Both the position numbers and the translations under genes were made by a program. Shown here piece after piece: positions 38,764 through 50,889 of a stretch of DNA of 64,000 nucleotides. How positions within the stretch are numbered: position 1 is the stretch's first letter; every line of letters starts with the position of its first letter. This stretch comes from Amphiscolops sp. MND2022 (taxonomy: Eukaryota): assembly GCA_964187785.1 (NCBI GenBank), contig OZ076420.1, forward strand, positions 29,326,001 through 29,390,000. Direction: 5' to 3'. The notes under the pieces were generated by a model. The model did no database searches. It was not told the origin of the DNA and saw only the letters and a list, made by a program, of their open reading frames with translations.

Positions 38764-40527
38764 AAAGTCAACTGAAATTCGGAAAAATGTCTCCAGTTTC
38801 ACCCAATTTTTTGTACTGATTGACCGATTGAAACACTTCTCAATTGATGCATCCTAATCTAGATGAAAAGTTAATTTAAACATATGAGGCTATATGTTCA
38901 CGTTAGTTTGCTGCTCAAGACAAAAAAGTTCATTAATAATCTTTTTTGAAGCTTCCATGAACTAAGACTTCGGGATAAATGTAGAATTGAAAATGTTACT
39001 TCACTATCGATCCTGATAATTTTAAGAACCTAATCCAGTACTGCTGGCAATCTTGTTGCAAAATTGAACCATTCAGTATTGCCTCCTATGTTATTGAATT
39101 CGTTTGCACCGGCTAGTAATGCTATTTTTTTACGTAATACTAATTTAACATTTGCTGTCAATTTTACCATTGCTGTTTGCAACAGTAATTTGATTGAATT
39201 CACCAAAAAGTGATTGTCGTCCGCTCTTTTGTTTAGTTCTTTCACTTGCCAACAAAGAAACTTGGATTTCTCTTCATTTCAATTTGTTTTGGATTCGATA
39301 TTCTGCGTTTAGAGCAATTGTTTTGTAGCAATTCAATTCAAACTCGTCTTCCAATGCGTTGCCGGTGTACTTTTTAAACCAATAAAAATAGCATTTTGGG
39401 CTAGACTAATTTCATGTTGAAAGTCTTCTATCTCCACACAAATAATGAATGTTATAGGTACTCCGAACGTTTTTTGTAGAAACATTGCGCTTTTTTTATT
39501 CCGGTTGATAATGAAACGCTTCAAACCCTTATTGAAATTTTGACATAAACCGTTTTTGTTGGTCAGTGTGATTCACGTTCAAGTGCAAGATGATGATAAT
39601 TCTTTTTGTAATTTTGCTCATATTTGCTATAACTATTGGTTATAACTAATGAATAATTTATTAAATTTTGTTGGCGTTGCATGAATTGATTATGCCAATA
39701 AAACGAATGAGTCCTTTTAGTAGAACCATTTGCCTTCCGCTTTTCCACAAAGCAGTAAATTGAATTCTAAAGTAGCAGCCCAAAAATCCAAACGTCCCTT
39801 GTTTTTTCGTACCATGTTTTACAGCAGCCATGATATTTGCATTGGATATTGACAGATTGAAAATATTAGAATTTTTAGTCTTATTGATTTCACTTATCAG
39901 AGCTAGAGGATTTCTAACAAAAATAATTGATTGGTCCTATCCGAAACAGAGGCTGTGATTATTATTTTCTGTTGTTTAACCAGTATATGTCTAGGTGATC
40001 GATCTGCAAATCATTTCTAAGTTGACTCACCGCAGTTTTGCAGATTTGCTTTTGATGAAGCTTCTCTCAAAGTGCTCTGGTTGTAGATTGTTGGTTCACA
40101 CTGTGCAACTTGTTTTTTTATACCAAATATATATTCAATTTTTTCGACTACAGTCTCCGTTTTTACTTAAATAAGAACTAATTTTAGACTTATAATTTGA
40201 GACAGGGTTATTATATCGTTATTTTCCCTGGACTGTTCTTAATTCTATATGAACCATGTAAGCTTCTCATCGGAAAAGTGAAAACCTGGAACCTACGCTT
40301 TTTCGGCACTGTGACACCAAAAAGTATCCTTTCAATCTCATAATTGTTGCTGCACTGACATTTTTTCAGCCTTGCCCTTGATTTTTCTTGTATTATCTTA
40401 AATTATCTCAATTAAGCCCACCTGAGCTGTGTTTTTTTTCAGTTCATAATGTGATGGACAGTGTCTTTGGCAATCTGAAGTTAATCTCATGACAATACTT
40501 TAATTTATGTCCGTCTAGTTTTACACT

Positions 40528-43500
40528 ATGGCCCCTTTGTCAGAATACTTTTCAAAGGAAAAGAAACCACCATGTGAGGCAATTCGCACCAAAATGGTGG
40601 ACTGTTTCCGATTCAGTGACTGCTACACTCGCGTGAGTTCTGTTTTTCTTTACCTAATCACTAGATTCCGCAGAAGTTCACGCGGCGTGACCTCGTGTAA
40701 TTGCGTGAGTTATTGGCAATCAAATTTCAGCGTGTCACTGAAAATGAAAGCGTGAAATCACTCATTTCTTGTTCAAAATTACGTAAATGGGTGTGGAAAA
40801 TACCAAAATTATCGAATTTTTTCATAGGTTTCCTAATAGAAACGAAGGAGCGAATTTTTTACAACCAATTGTAACCGCTCATGAATGAGTGTTAAAATAT
40901 GCATTTTGAAACTGAAGCTATTGTTGTTCTTTGTGAAAATTTTAGTTTTTGTCGTCTACGAAAACCCATTGCTTTTGCGCGAAGCACATACGCTAGGCAG
41001 AACTATGTTAATTATGTTTTTAGACCGCCGGAATATTGAAAACAGCTGAACAGGCTGACAATAGCATGCTTCGATATGACTTATTTGGCAAACTAGGTAT
41101 TTACTTAGTAAACGAAAGTTCTAAGGCAAAATTAACGAGCTAGTGAGTGACGTCAGCGAATAAATTGTTCGAATTAGCTAAGTTAGAATCGACCGCTTCG
41201 AGCAAATGTTTTCAAGTTTTTCTTCCGTACGAAAAGGAGCCATGCAGGCAAAAACACCACCCTCCCCCTTCTTGAGAAGGACTTATCCGATCGCGCTGAA
41301 ATTTGGCATGCATTTACTAGAGGTGTTAACTCAACTTTCGACTCGGAGTACCCGACCTCGTACCTCCCCCAGTCCCGGGCTATTAGCACAGGAAGTGACA
41401 TAGGTCGACCCCTCTACGAACTCATCGGCGAAACACGGAATAATTCGTATTATATATGGAATTGGTAGCCTATAGGATAGTGAGCCGTTTCCGCATATTT
41501 TCGGAGCCCTACGACGCGCGTAGGAGGAGCACGGACCCTATGTAAATAAACACCGAACGTTATGTAAATAGCCAACGGACGACCCGAGGATCATGAAACT
41601 TACCCAAGATGTTCACCTAGTAACCCTAAGTAATATACATGAAAGTTACATTAATCGGTCCACCACGCGCGGAGTAATGTTTGTTTAAGGCACGCGGGAC
41701 CGACCGATAAAAGACTTTTGACCTTGGCTTGTAATACGTCAAACGAACCGGAATGATCAATGTAGTCGATTACAAACAAGAATGAAGCCGTAGTTGTAAC
41801 CCATGCGGGGGTAACCGCCTTAAGTAAACAAACGAGACGCATATCATGTAACTCGGGAACTATTGACCATTGGACGATATAACTTGGCAGGTAGCAACCT
41901 TGGATGAGGACAAATAACTTCAAGGTCACTGATGAGCCTCTAGGTCATTTTAGATGTAATTCCGGAACATACGGAAAAACTTGCGATAAAACATGTAAAT
42001 CAGCGTCGTTAAGTGATAATTTATGCATTTCAGTCAGGCGGAACAATTCGCGATGCACCGAATAAGAGAAAATAACCCCTTACGTGTAGAGAACATGTAA
42101 ACCATGTAATTGAAGGTCATTGAACAATTGGCCCGATATTAGAAATATCCTGGGTGACTTGAATTATTATTGAAAATGTGAACTTTGTACAACTATTGCC
42201 GAATTTTTTGTCGTTGGCGGCGAAGAATGTCTGACCGAAGTATAACTAGGGAGATGCCATGCCATAAAAGGAATGGAGCTACATGAAGTCAAAAGCATGC
42301 AAATAAAAGAGCGACATCGAAACAACAAAAATGCGGACGATGAATAAATATAATTGAGGCGGAATTGCAATATACTTGAATAGGCAGAACCGAGTTAGAA
42401 AGCTGGGATCGAGTTGAGTCTTGCTGAGACAAGATACTTATTCGGAATAACACTCGCGCTTCTCAACCGAGTAAGAGCTAGAAGAAAGTTGAGTCTCGCG
42501 GAGACAAGAGACACTTCTAGAAGATCACGTAGTCGCCAGTTCAGTAGATTTACTGACAAGTCAGGGACTGAATCGAAGATTGTTCCTTCGATTGGTGAAT
42601 AGAAGTTAGACGGATTTGAATTGCCCAGTGTTTTTTTGGAATTATAATCTGTTTTCTATTATACAGAAGTAATTGTATTGTTACTTTACTCGAAGTTTTG
42701 GAAGACACGTGCCGAAAGAGCAAATCTGGAGAGAAAAACTGACAGTAACAACAAAAGATTCGGCTAACTCACTAAAACAACCTTTCTTTCTGCTAAGCTT
42801 CCAATTGGAGGTAAAACCTCTCTCCGACCCCCTAATTGGATTTTCTTACATTCTTGTATCTCAGGGCAAAACTAAAGAAATTTTCCCATTTTTGGTGAAA
42901 AATTCGTGAAATTTAACTGTCGCTGATCTCTATAACTTTCCGATCTTTTCTCCTTTTGTTGTTATGAATGCCTCGCGTTGCTTACATGTCAAAAAATCAA
43001 CGAAGAAAGGTGCATTAGTTTGTACGAAACTTCGGAAATTGTATAAAAATGAGCTAATAAAAGCTGCTCTCTAGAAACGATGAAAAAATGTTCATACGGT
43101 GGGATATGATAATCATCCTACAATTGTTTCTTCACCTGATAGACCTTATAGACTTTTTAAATCAAATTCGGGATTTGTTAGGCCGTGAATTCTTGCTTTT
43201 CGAATTTCATTTTAACTATAATACATCACACTTTCATGTTAATGAACCGTTTTTGTTGATGAAATGTTTACGGTGTTTTTTGCAGGATAAGAAATCAATC
43301 CGAGAGTGTCTAAATGCCACAGAAGGCGTTCCCGACGAATGCAAGGCGCTGGCTGCTCAATTATACCATTGCAAGCGATCAGTTGTTAGTGTGACCCTAC
43401 TTCCAGTTTCAGTGAAAAATATTCACTTTTCCTGATTAGCACTTCTTCAAAATAGCGATATCGGTGCCTCCTGGGAAACTTAAAGTTGATATCACGAACT

Positions 43501-44437
43501 AGATGTTTACAGCGACGATTATGAAAATTGTGCGCGAAATTTCATTTGTGCAATAAGGATTTGCAATTTTGAAAATGTTTTCACATATCCCATATGGAAC
43601 ATCAACATATCCCTCTCATTGCTGTTTTATAAAAGCATTAATGTTATAATGCTTTATGTATCGCAATATCTTGCAATTCTTCAAAATTTGTTTTTTATTG
43701 TTCCAATTTTCATCATCGGCACTATAGTTGAGAAACCCTTATTTTAACAAGTTACCCTAAGGTGTTTTAGACAGCGTTTTCAAAGAAAAAGCAAGACTCT
43801 CACTGACCTTTTTTTCTCCAGTAGCTCTGATCCGTCCACTTTTACGGAGAACATATGGAGCAAATGTTATTCATACGATGAAGTCCTTTTGCCTAGCCAG
43901 CACGCACGCTATGTCCAAACTTTTGACGTTATATTCGAAGTAAATTGCGTTCTATCAAGGAGTCGGAGGTTCGTAATATTGCTCTATAACCAATTTTTTT
44001 AGACCAGCGAACTGACAGTTTTTATGAGCATTTCTATAAGTTAGTAACTTTTCTCTGCCACTTGGCCCAGTGGTTCCCGTGGATTTTTTGTCCTGGTGGC
44101 GAGTTCTGAGAAACAGGAGTACGTGCGTTCGAGTCTCGCACTAAACCAAAAACAAACCGGGAACGGCATAAGTCGGCGCCATATCTAAGGCTCACTTCTC
44201 GATGTTTTCGGCGTGGAGTCCAAAGAATGACCTTATTGAATATTTTGTGGCCTGTTTCAGTGGATTTCTGATTTATGTTTTTCAGTTTGAAGTTTTCCAT
44301 CAAATATAACTAGAATTGCCTCCCTGTGTTATTTTTAGCAATCGTCATTCTGGTTTTGAAAACTTTCCTTGGTGTTTCAGTTTGACCCGAGATTCAGAAT
44401 ACAAGGACGAAAGGATGAATTCACGGATCGCAAGTGA
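40528..44437 (+). CDS. COA5: Cytochrome c oxidase assembly factor 5 / PET191 (3 exons: 40528-40632, 43286-43384, 44381-44437; 86 aa)
   Basis: All junctions are phase 0 GT-AG. Protein ...PPCEAIRTKMVDCFRFSDCYTR|DKKSIRECL...DECKALAAQLYHCKRSV|FDPRFRIQGRKD... has CX9C pairs and the conserved CKRS-x-D-x-R C-terminus. Confidence 0.88.
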
Positions 44438-44908
44438 TACAAATTTGTATGTGATTCATGTACCGATTTGAATACGAAGTAGCCTTGTTTTAGACAATAG
44501 ATTTTTCCAAGAATTCTATTTCACTAGAAAGTTTCAGCAAGTTTCTAGCAAATTTGGGACTTCACTCAAGACCTGGGACGTCAAAAACGTGGGAAAAGCA
44601 GCCGACTACAAAGCTGAGGAAAATTTCCGGTCAAAAGTTTTCGTCAGTCTCATAGGGCCGCAAAAACATCCGCAAAAGTTTCATTAGTAAAAATGACCCT
44701 AATGCTTTTCAAAAACTGACAGAAAAAAAATTTACTGAACAACCGGAACCGGAAAAGTTGAAAGGACCCTGTAGTCTCTGTTGGATTTTGCTGAACTGAC
44801 AACACCACTCTTTGCTTCTACGATAGTCTTCAATTTCTTTGAAAACTCCGATTGAAAGGTTAACATTGCAGTGTGAAATTGAGAAAAAACACATTAATAC
44901 TCCTGCTC

Positions 44909-46731
44909 TTTTTAGTCGGCGCCTTTTCCTTTAAGGAAAAAAGCCCGACTATTACAGTGGCTAGTTTTTAGTCGGCGCATTTTCCTTTAAGGAAAAAAGC
45001 CCGACTATTACAGTGGCTAGTTTTTTTTTCTTTTTTTTTCGTCAGACCACAGAGCTCATCGCGTATGTACCACTTTTTACAGAAACTGATAAGTTCACTC
45101 AGGCCAAGTTCGACCAATGCAAACTTACTGCAAAGGGTCCCCCTTTCGTTTTTTACCTTTTTTACGTAACCTACAAAACCGGAAGACTCCAAAGGGTCCC
45201 CCCTTTCAATTTTTTTCGGCACTGTGCGAATTTTTTTTCGAAAATTTTTAATGTCTCAAAAGAGTCCCCCCTTCGGATTTTTTGATATTTTGCAACAGAA
45301 AGTATGTTATTGAATCCCAAAGGGTCCCCCCTTTTCATTTTTCGGCACTATGCGACGTTTTCGAAGTTTTTTTCAAAAAAAAAACATTTTTTTTCAAAAA
45401 AATTTTCAAAATTGTTTTTGTTTCCAGTCGGAAAAAGTGATTTTCCAGTCATATCGAGCATGAAAGGCACACTTTGGGTGTCTCCAAAGTGTTTTCAAAG
45501 CTTTTCATGAATACATCCTGGACATATTTAGAAAACTGCGCTTTTTGAGCCTTTGATATAGCGCCGACTTTAGACGTTCCCGTCTTGTTTTTAGTCGGCG
45601 CATTTTCCTTTAAGGAAAAAAGCCAGACTATTACAGTGGCTAGTTTTTTTTCTTTTTTTTTCGTCAGACCACAGAGCTCATCGCGTATGTACCACTTTTT
45701 ACAGAAACTGATAAGTTCACTCAGGCCAAGTTCGACCAATGCAAACTTACTGCAAAGGATCCCCCCTTTCGTTTTTTACCTTTTTTACGTAACCTACAAA
45801 ACCGGAAGACTCCAAAGGGTCCCCCCTTTCATTTTTTTTCGGCACTGTGCGAATTTTTTTTTCGAAAATTTTTAATTTTTCAAAAGAGTCCCCCCTTCGG
45901 ATTTTTTGATATTTTGCAACAGAAAGTATGTTAATGAATCCCAAAGGGCCCCCCTTTTCATTTTTTGGCACTATGTGACGTTTTCAAAGTTTTTTTCAAA
46001 AAAAAATTTCAAATTTTTTTTTGATTCCAGTCGGGAAAAGTGATATTCCAGTCATATCGAGCATGAAAGGCACACTTTGGGTGTCTCGAAAGTGTTTTCA
46101 ATGCTTTTCATGAATACATCCTGGGCATATTTAGAAAACTCTGAGCTTTTTGAGCCTTAGATATAGCGCCGACTTTAGACGTTCCCGTCTTGTTTCTTTT
46201 TTTTCCGTCAGACCACAGAGCTCATCGCGTATGTACCACTTTTTACAGAAACTGATAAGACTACTCAGGCCAAGTCAGGCCAATGGAAACTTAATGCAAA
46301 GGGTCCCCCCTTTCATTTTTTACCTTTTTTACGTAACCTACAAAACCGGAAGAGACCAAAGGGTCCCCCTTTCAATTTTTTTTCTGCACTGTGCGAAATT
46401 TTTTTCGAAAAGGTTTCAAAAGAGTCCCCCTTCGAGTTTTTTGATATTTTGCAACAGAATGTATGTTAATGAATCCCAAAGGGCCCACCCTTTTCATTTT
46501 TCGGCACTATGCGACATTTTCGAAGTTTTTTTCAAATAACATTTTCAAATTTTATTTTGTTCCCAGTCGGGAAACAGTGATTTTCCAGTCATATCGAGCA
46601 TGAAAGGCACACTTTGGGTGTCTCGAAAGTGTTTTCAAAGCTTTTCATGAATACGTCCTGAGCATATTTAGAAAACTTTGCGCTTCTTGAGCCTTAGATA
46701 TAGCGCCGACTTTAGACGTTCCCGTCTTGTT
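44909..46731 (+). mobile_element. Head-to-tail concatemer of three HINE-like units with a duplicated 5' terminus
   Basis: 5' termini at 44914, 44970 and 45593; 3' termini at about 45590, 46194 and 46731. Direct junction cccgtcttgttttt|agtcggcgc; unit 1 is 623 bp. Confidence 0.85.
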
Positions 46732-49700
46732 AAAACAAAGTCGTACTACTATTTTATCTTTTATGAATTTCCCTTCTGTATTGTCTACTCGTATATGTTG
46801 ACGGATCTCTACTTGTATCTGGATGTGACTGTATATGTTCTCTTTTGCGGTGTAAATTAAATTTTTAGTCAATGCTATTAGCTGAAACTAAAATTGCCAG
46901 ACTATTAGTCATTTTTACGACAGACACTAATGCGACAAAAACTGATACGGTAGTTGACCTTGTGGTTAGAGCGTTGGCTTCCGAATCAGGAAAACGGAGT
47001 GGGAGGTACTTTTCAGTGGTGCTTTTCTAGTGAAAAGTGCCCGGCTATTAGAGTGAGTAATTTTTTTCATCTCACTTTGAATGGTCCTGTTTTTTGTTCA
47101 TTTGTTCAAACGTTTTCAATGTTCGGGTATAACGTTTTCAAAGTTCGAATTTAACATTTTCAAAGTTCGGGCATAACGTTTTCTAAGTTCGGATATAACG
47201 CTTTCAAAGTTCGGATATAACGTTTTTTTTTTACACACCTTGAAGTCCTATTTTTATTGAGCGTTAGATATGGCGCCGACTTGGGCCGTTCCCGACTTGT
47301 TTCGACAAAGCTGTTTGAGATCCCATTTTTGATGTTTTTTGGCACTGTGCGGTTCTCTGGGTTTTTTGATGATTTTGGTTCTTTCCTCTGATATTTTCTG
47401 GCACTGAGGATTTTCAGGTTCTACCAAAATACCACCCGTGAGCTAAATTAAAACAATTGGCGCTGTTTGATCCTCGAGCGAGGAACCGACTAGAAGCTGT
47501 TCCCGGTTTGTTCGTTCTAATTATAACACGAAGGAAAATCATGCCGTCCTTTTTTCACATATTTTTTCTGAAGTGTCTCGGTCTGTTAAAGATTTCGGAA
47601 AAATATAGAAACCATAGTTTTTCTTCTAGTTTGAGCGATAATCTGTTCTAATGATATCTCTTGTTTATCCTGAGTCATTGATATCTGTATCAGTGAAAAA
47701 AATTCATGGCTTCTAAATTTTTCTACTTTTCATTTCATATTCCAATGAACCGCCTGTTCTTATTGTTCTTCTAATGCCTAATCCGATGGAAACAATTGAA
47801 ATTGGTGACAACAGCTCAATGTTGGCGCTCCAGAGTGTAATAGACATTTTGCAAAGAAGTCGCATAATGCCGGAACGACGGATTGGCATCAGTCTAAAAC
47901 ATGGTATTTCCGTTGGACGTAATTATTCTTGCGATAACCAAGTATTTTGGGAAAGTGCGTGTGCTTTTTTCCGCGCGACAACTCGTTTCAGGCGGCAAGT
48001 CACCCAGTTGAGACGTTCATGGTATGGTGGTAAGATGCTTGCTTTTCAACACAGAGGTTTCGTGTTTGAGCCGGTGCGTATGCGCTAATTTTTCGTTGTG
48101 TGCTCTAATTGTGCTGCTTTCAAGCAGTTTATATTAGCCGCGGGTTTCAGTCAATGATACCCAATGTGTTTTATGAGATTGTTTTCAAAGCTTTTCATGA
48201 AAACATCCTGGACATATTTAGAAAACTGCGCTTTTTGAGCCTTAGATATAGCGCCGACTTTAGACGTTCCCGTCTTGTTTTTAGTCGGCGCATTTTCCTT
48301 TAAGGAAAAAAGCCCGACTATTACAGTGGCTAGTTTTTTCTTTTTTTTTCGTCAGACCACAGAGCTCATCGCGTATGTACCACTTTTTACAGAAACTGAT
48401 AAGTTCACTCAGGCCAAGTTCGACCAATGCAAACTTACTGCAAAGGGTCCCCCCTTTCGTTTTTTACCTTTTTTACGTAACCTACAAAACCGGAAGACTC
48501 CAAAGGGTCCCCCCTTTCAGTTTTTTTCGGCACTGTGCGAATTTTTTTTCGAAAATTTTCAATTTTTCAAAAGAGTCCCCCCTTCGGATTTTTTGATATT
48601 TTGCAACAGAAAGTATGTTAATGAATCCCAAAGGGCCCCCCTTTTCATTTTTCGGCACTATGCGACGTTTTCAAAGTATTTTTCAAAAAAAAATTTCAAA
48701 TTTTATTTTGTTCCCAGTCGGGAAACAGTGATTTTCCAGTCATATCGAGCATGAAAGGCACACTTTGGGTGTCTCGAAAGTGTTTTCAAAGCTTTTCATG
48801 AATACGTCCTGAGCATATTTAGAAAACTTTGCGCTTCTTGAGCCTTAGATATAGCGCCGACTTTAGACGTTCCCGTCTTGTTAAAACAAAGTCGTACTAC
48901 TATTTTATCTTTTATGAATTTCCCTTCTGTATTGTCTACTCGTATATGTTGACGGATCTCTACTTGTATCTGGATGTGACTGTATATGTTCTCTTTTGCG
49001 GTGTAAATTAAATTTTTAGTCAATGCTATTAGCTGAAACTAAAATTGCCAGACTATTAGTCATTTTTACGACAGACACTAATGCGACAAAAACTGATACG
49101 GTAGTTGACCTTGTGGTTAGAGCGTTGGCTTCCGAATCAGGAAAACGGAGTGGGAGGTACTTTTCAGTGGTGCTTTTCTAGTGAAAAGTGCCCGGCTATT
49201 ATAGTGGGTAATTTTTTTCATCTCACTTTGAATGGTCCTGTTTTTTGTTCATTTGTTCAAACGTTTTCAATGTTCGGGTATAACGTTTTCAAAGTTCGAA
49301 TTTAACATTTTCAAAGTTCGGGCATAACGTTTTCTAAGTTCGGATATAACGCTTTCAAAGTTCGGATATAACGTTTTTTTTTGACACACCTTGAAGTCCT
49401 ATTTTTATTGAGCGTTAGATATGGCGCCGACTTGGGCCGTTCCCGACTTGTTTCGACAAAGCTGTTTGAGATCCCATTTTTGATGTTTTTTGGCACTGTG
49501 CGGTTCTCTGGGTTTTTTGATGTTTTTGGTTCTTTCCTCTGATATTTTCTGGCACTGAGGTTTTTCAGGTTCTACCAAAATACCACCCGTGAGCTAAATT
49601 AAAACAATTGGCGCTGTTTGATCCTCGAGCGAGGAACCGACTAGAAGCTGTTCTCGGTTTGTTCGTTCTAATTATAACACGAAGGAAAATCATGCCGTCC

Positions 49701-50342
49701 TTTTTTCACATATTTTTTCTGAAGTGTCTCGGTCTGTTAAAGATTTCGGAAAAATATCATAGAAACCATAGTTTTTCTTCTAGTTTGAGCGATAATCTGT
49801 TCTAATGATATCTCTTGTTTATCCTGAGTCATTGATATCTGTATCAGTGAAAAAAATTCATGGCTTCTAAATTTTTCTACTTTTCATTTCATATTCCAAT
49901 GAACCGCCTGTTCTTATTGTTCTTCTAATGCCTAATCCGATGGAAACAATTGAAATTGGTGACAACAGCTCAATGTTGGCGCTCCAGAGTGTAATAGACA
50001 TTTTGCCAAGAAGTCGCATAATGCCGGAACGACGGATTGGCATCAGTCTAAAACATGGTATTTCCGTTGGACGTAATTATTCTTGCGATAACCAAGTATT
50101 TTGGGAAAGTGCGTGTGCTTTTTTCCGCGCGACAACTCGTTTCAGGCGGCAAGTCACCCAGTTGAGACGTTCATGGTATGGTGGTAAGATGCTTGCTTTT
50201 CAACACAGAGGTTTCGTGTTTGAGCCGGTGCGTATGCGCTAATTTTTTCGTTGTGTGCTCTAATTGTGCTGCTTTCAAGCAGTTTATATTAGCCGCGGAT
50301 TTCAGTCAATGATACCCAATGTGTTTTATGAGATTGTTTTCA
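46200..50342. repeat. ~2.15 kb near-identical tandem duplication (HINE plus ~1.45 kb flank)
   Basis: Matching ORFs recur at offsets of 2151-2154 (46645/48796, 46954/49105, 47160/49311, 47457/49608, 47774/49928). Confidence 0.95.
47107..47225. repeat. 22-bp minisatellite (aacgttttcaaagttcggatat), ~5 copies; duplicated at about 49260-49380
   Basis: Visible tandem units just upstream of a HINE-type 3' end at 47260-47302. Confidence 0.8.
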
Positions 50343-50889
50343 CTTGAGCGGCCTATTTTCTAAATTTGTCTTTTGATCTTTGATCGTTTGACGACAAGAC
50401 GCCATTCTTATTTCTAGACCCGAATTGTGTCGATTTTGTGCTATTTTTTTTAAATTGATGAGTTAGTAGAAAAATTGTCCGACTCCTTAACCTTGGTTCT
50501 CCGTATGGTATTGCTCATTAGGTTTTCTCTTCAAACGTTCGCAACTTTCTACGTATGTGTTTGCGAAGTACGGCTTCGCCTCTGTGTAAACGACGTATAC
50601 TGCATTGAGTTCTTCAAGCTAGCTTTCTTGCGTGTTGACTGCATTTGAGTTAATACTTGACACAGCACGCAAACTTAACGGTGCTGTGGGACGCTTTCAT
50701 TGGAATTCATTCAGTTTGTAATTTGATGGTACTGCTTGAACATTGCTTAGAAGTTTTTGCAGTGGCCAAATGTGTAAAACAGCTATCTTGAGGTCAACTT
50801 GGCGAAATTTGATTTTCTCAAGTAAGATTTTTTAGAATGAATTGATTGCATAGAAGTTGCATAGTTGGCCCACTAAGTGTCTGTCGCAG

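Noticed and set aside
44909-46731. CRISPR-like regular repeats
   Set aside because: Units are ~600 bp with homologous bodies, not short repeats with unique spacers; the context is eukaryotic and there are no cas genes.
48015-48085. tRNA-like stretch (tggtggtaagatgcttgcttttcaa...gtttgagcc), plus other B-box-like words at ~7440, 26145, 46965, 54565
   Set aside because: Stems do not close into a cloverleaf by eye; at most these are degenerate SINE heads, so no tRNA gene is called.
47774-48088. 104-aa ORF repeated at 49928-50242
   Set aside because: It recurs only because of the tandem duplication and has no recognisable domain or splice support.
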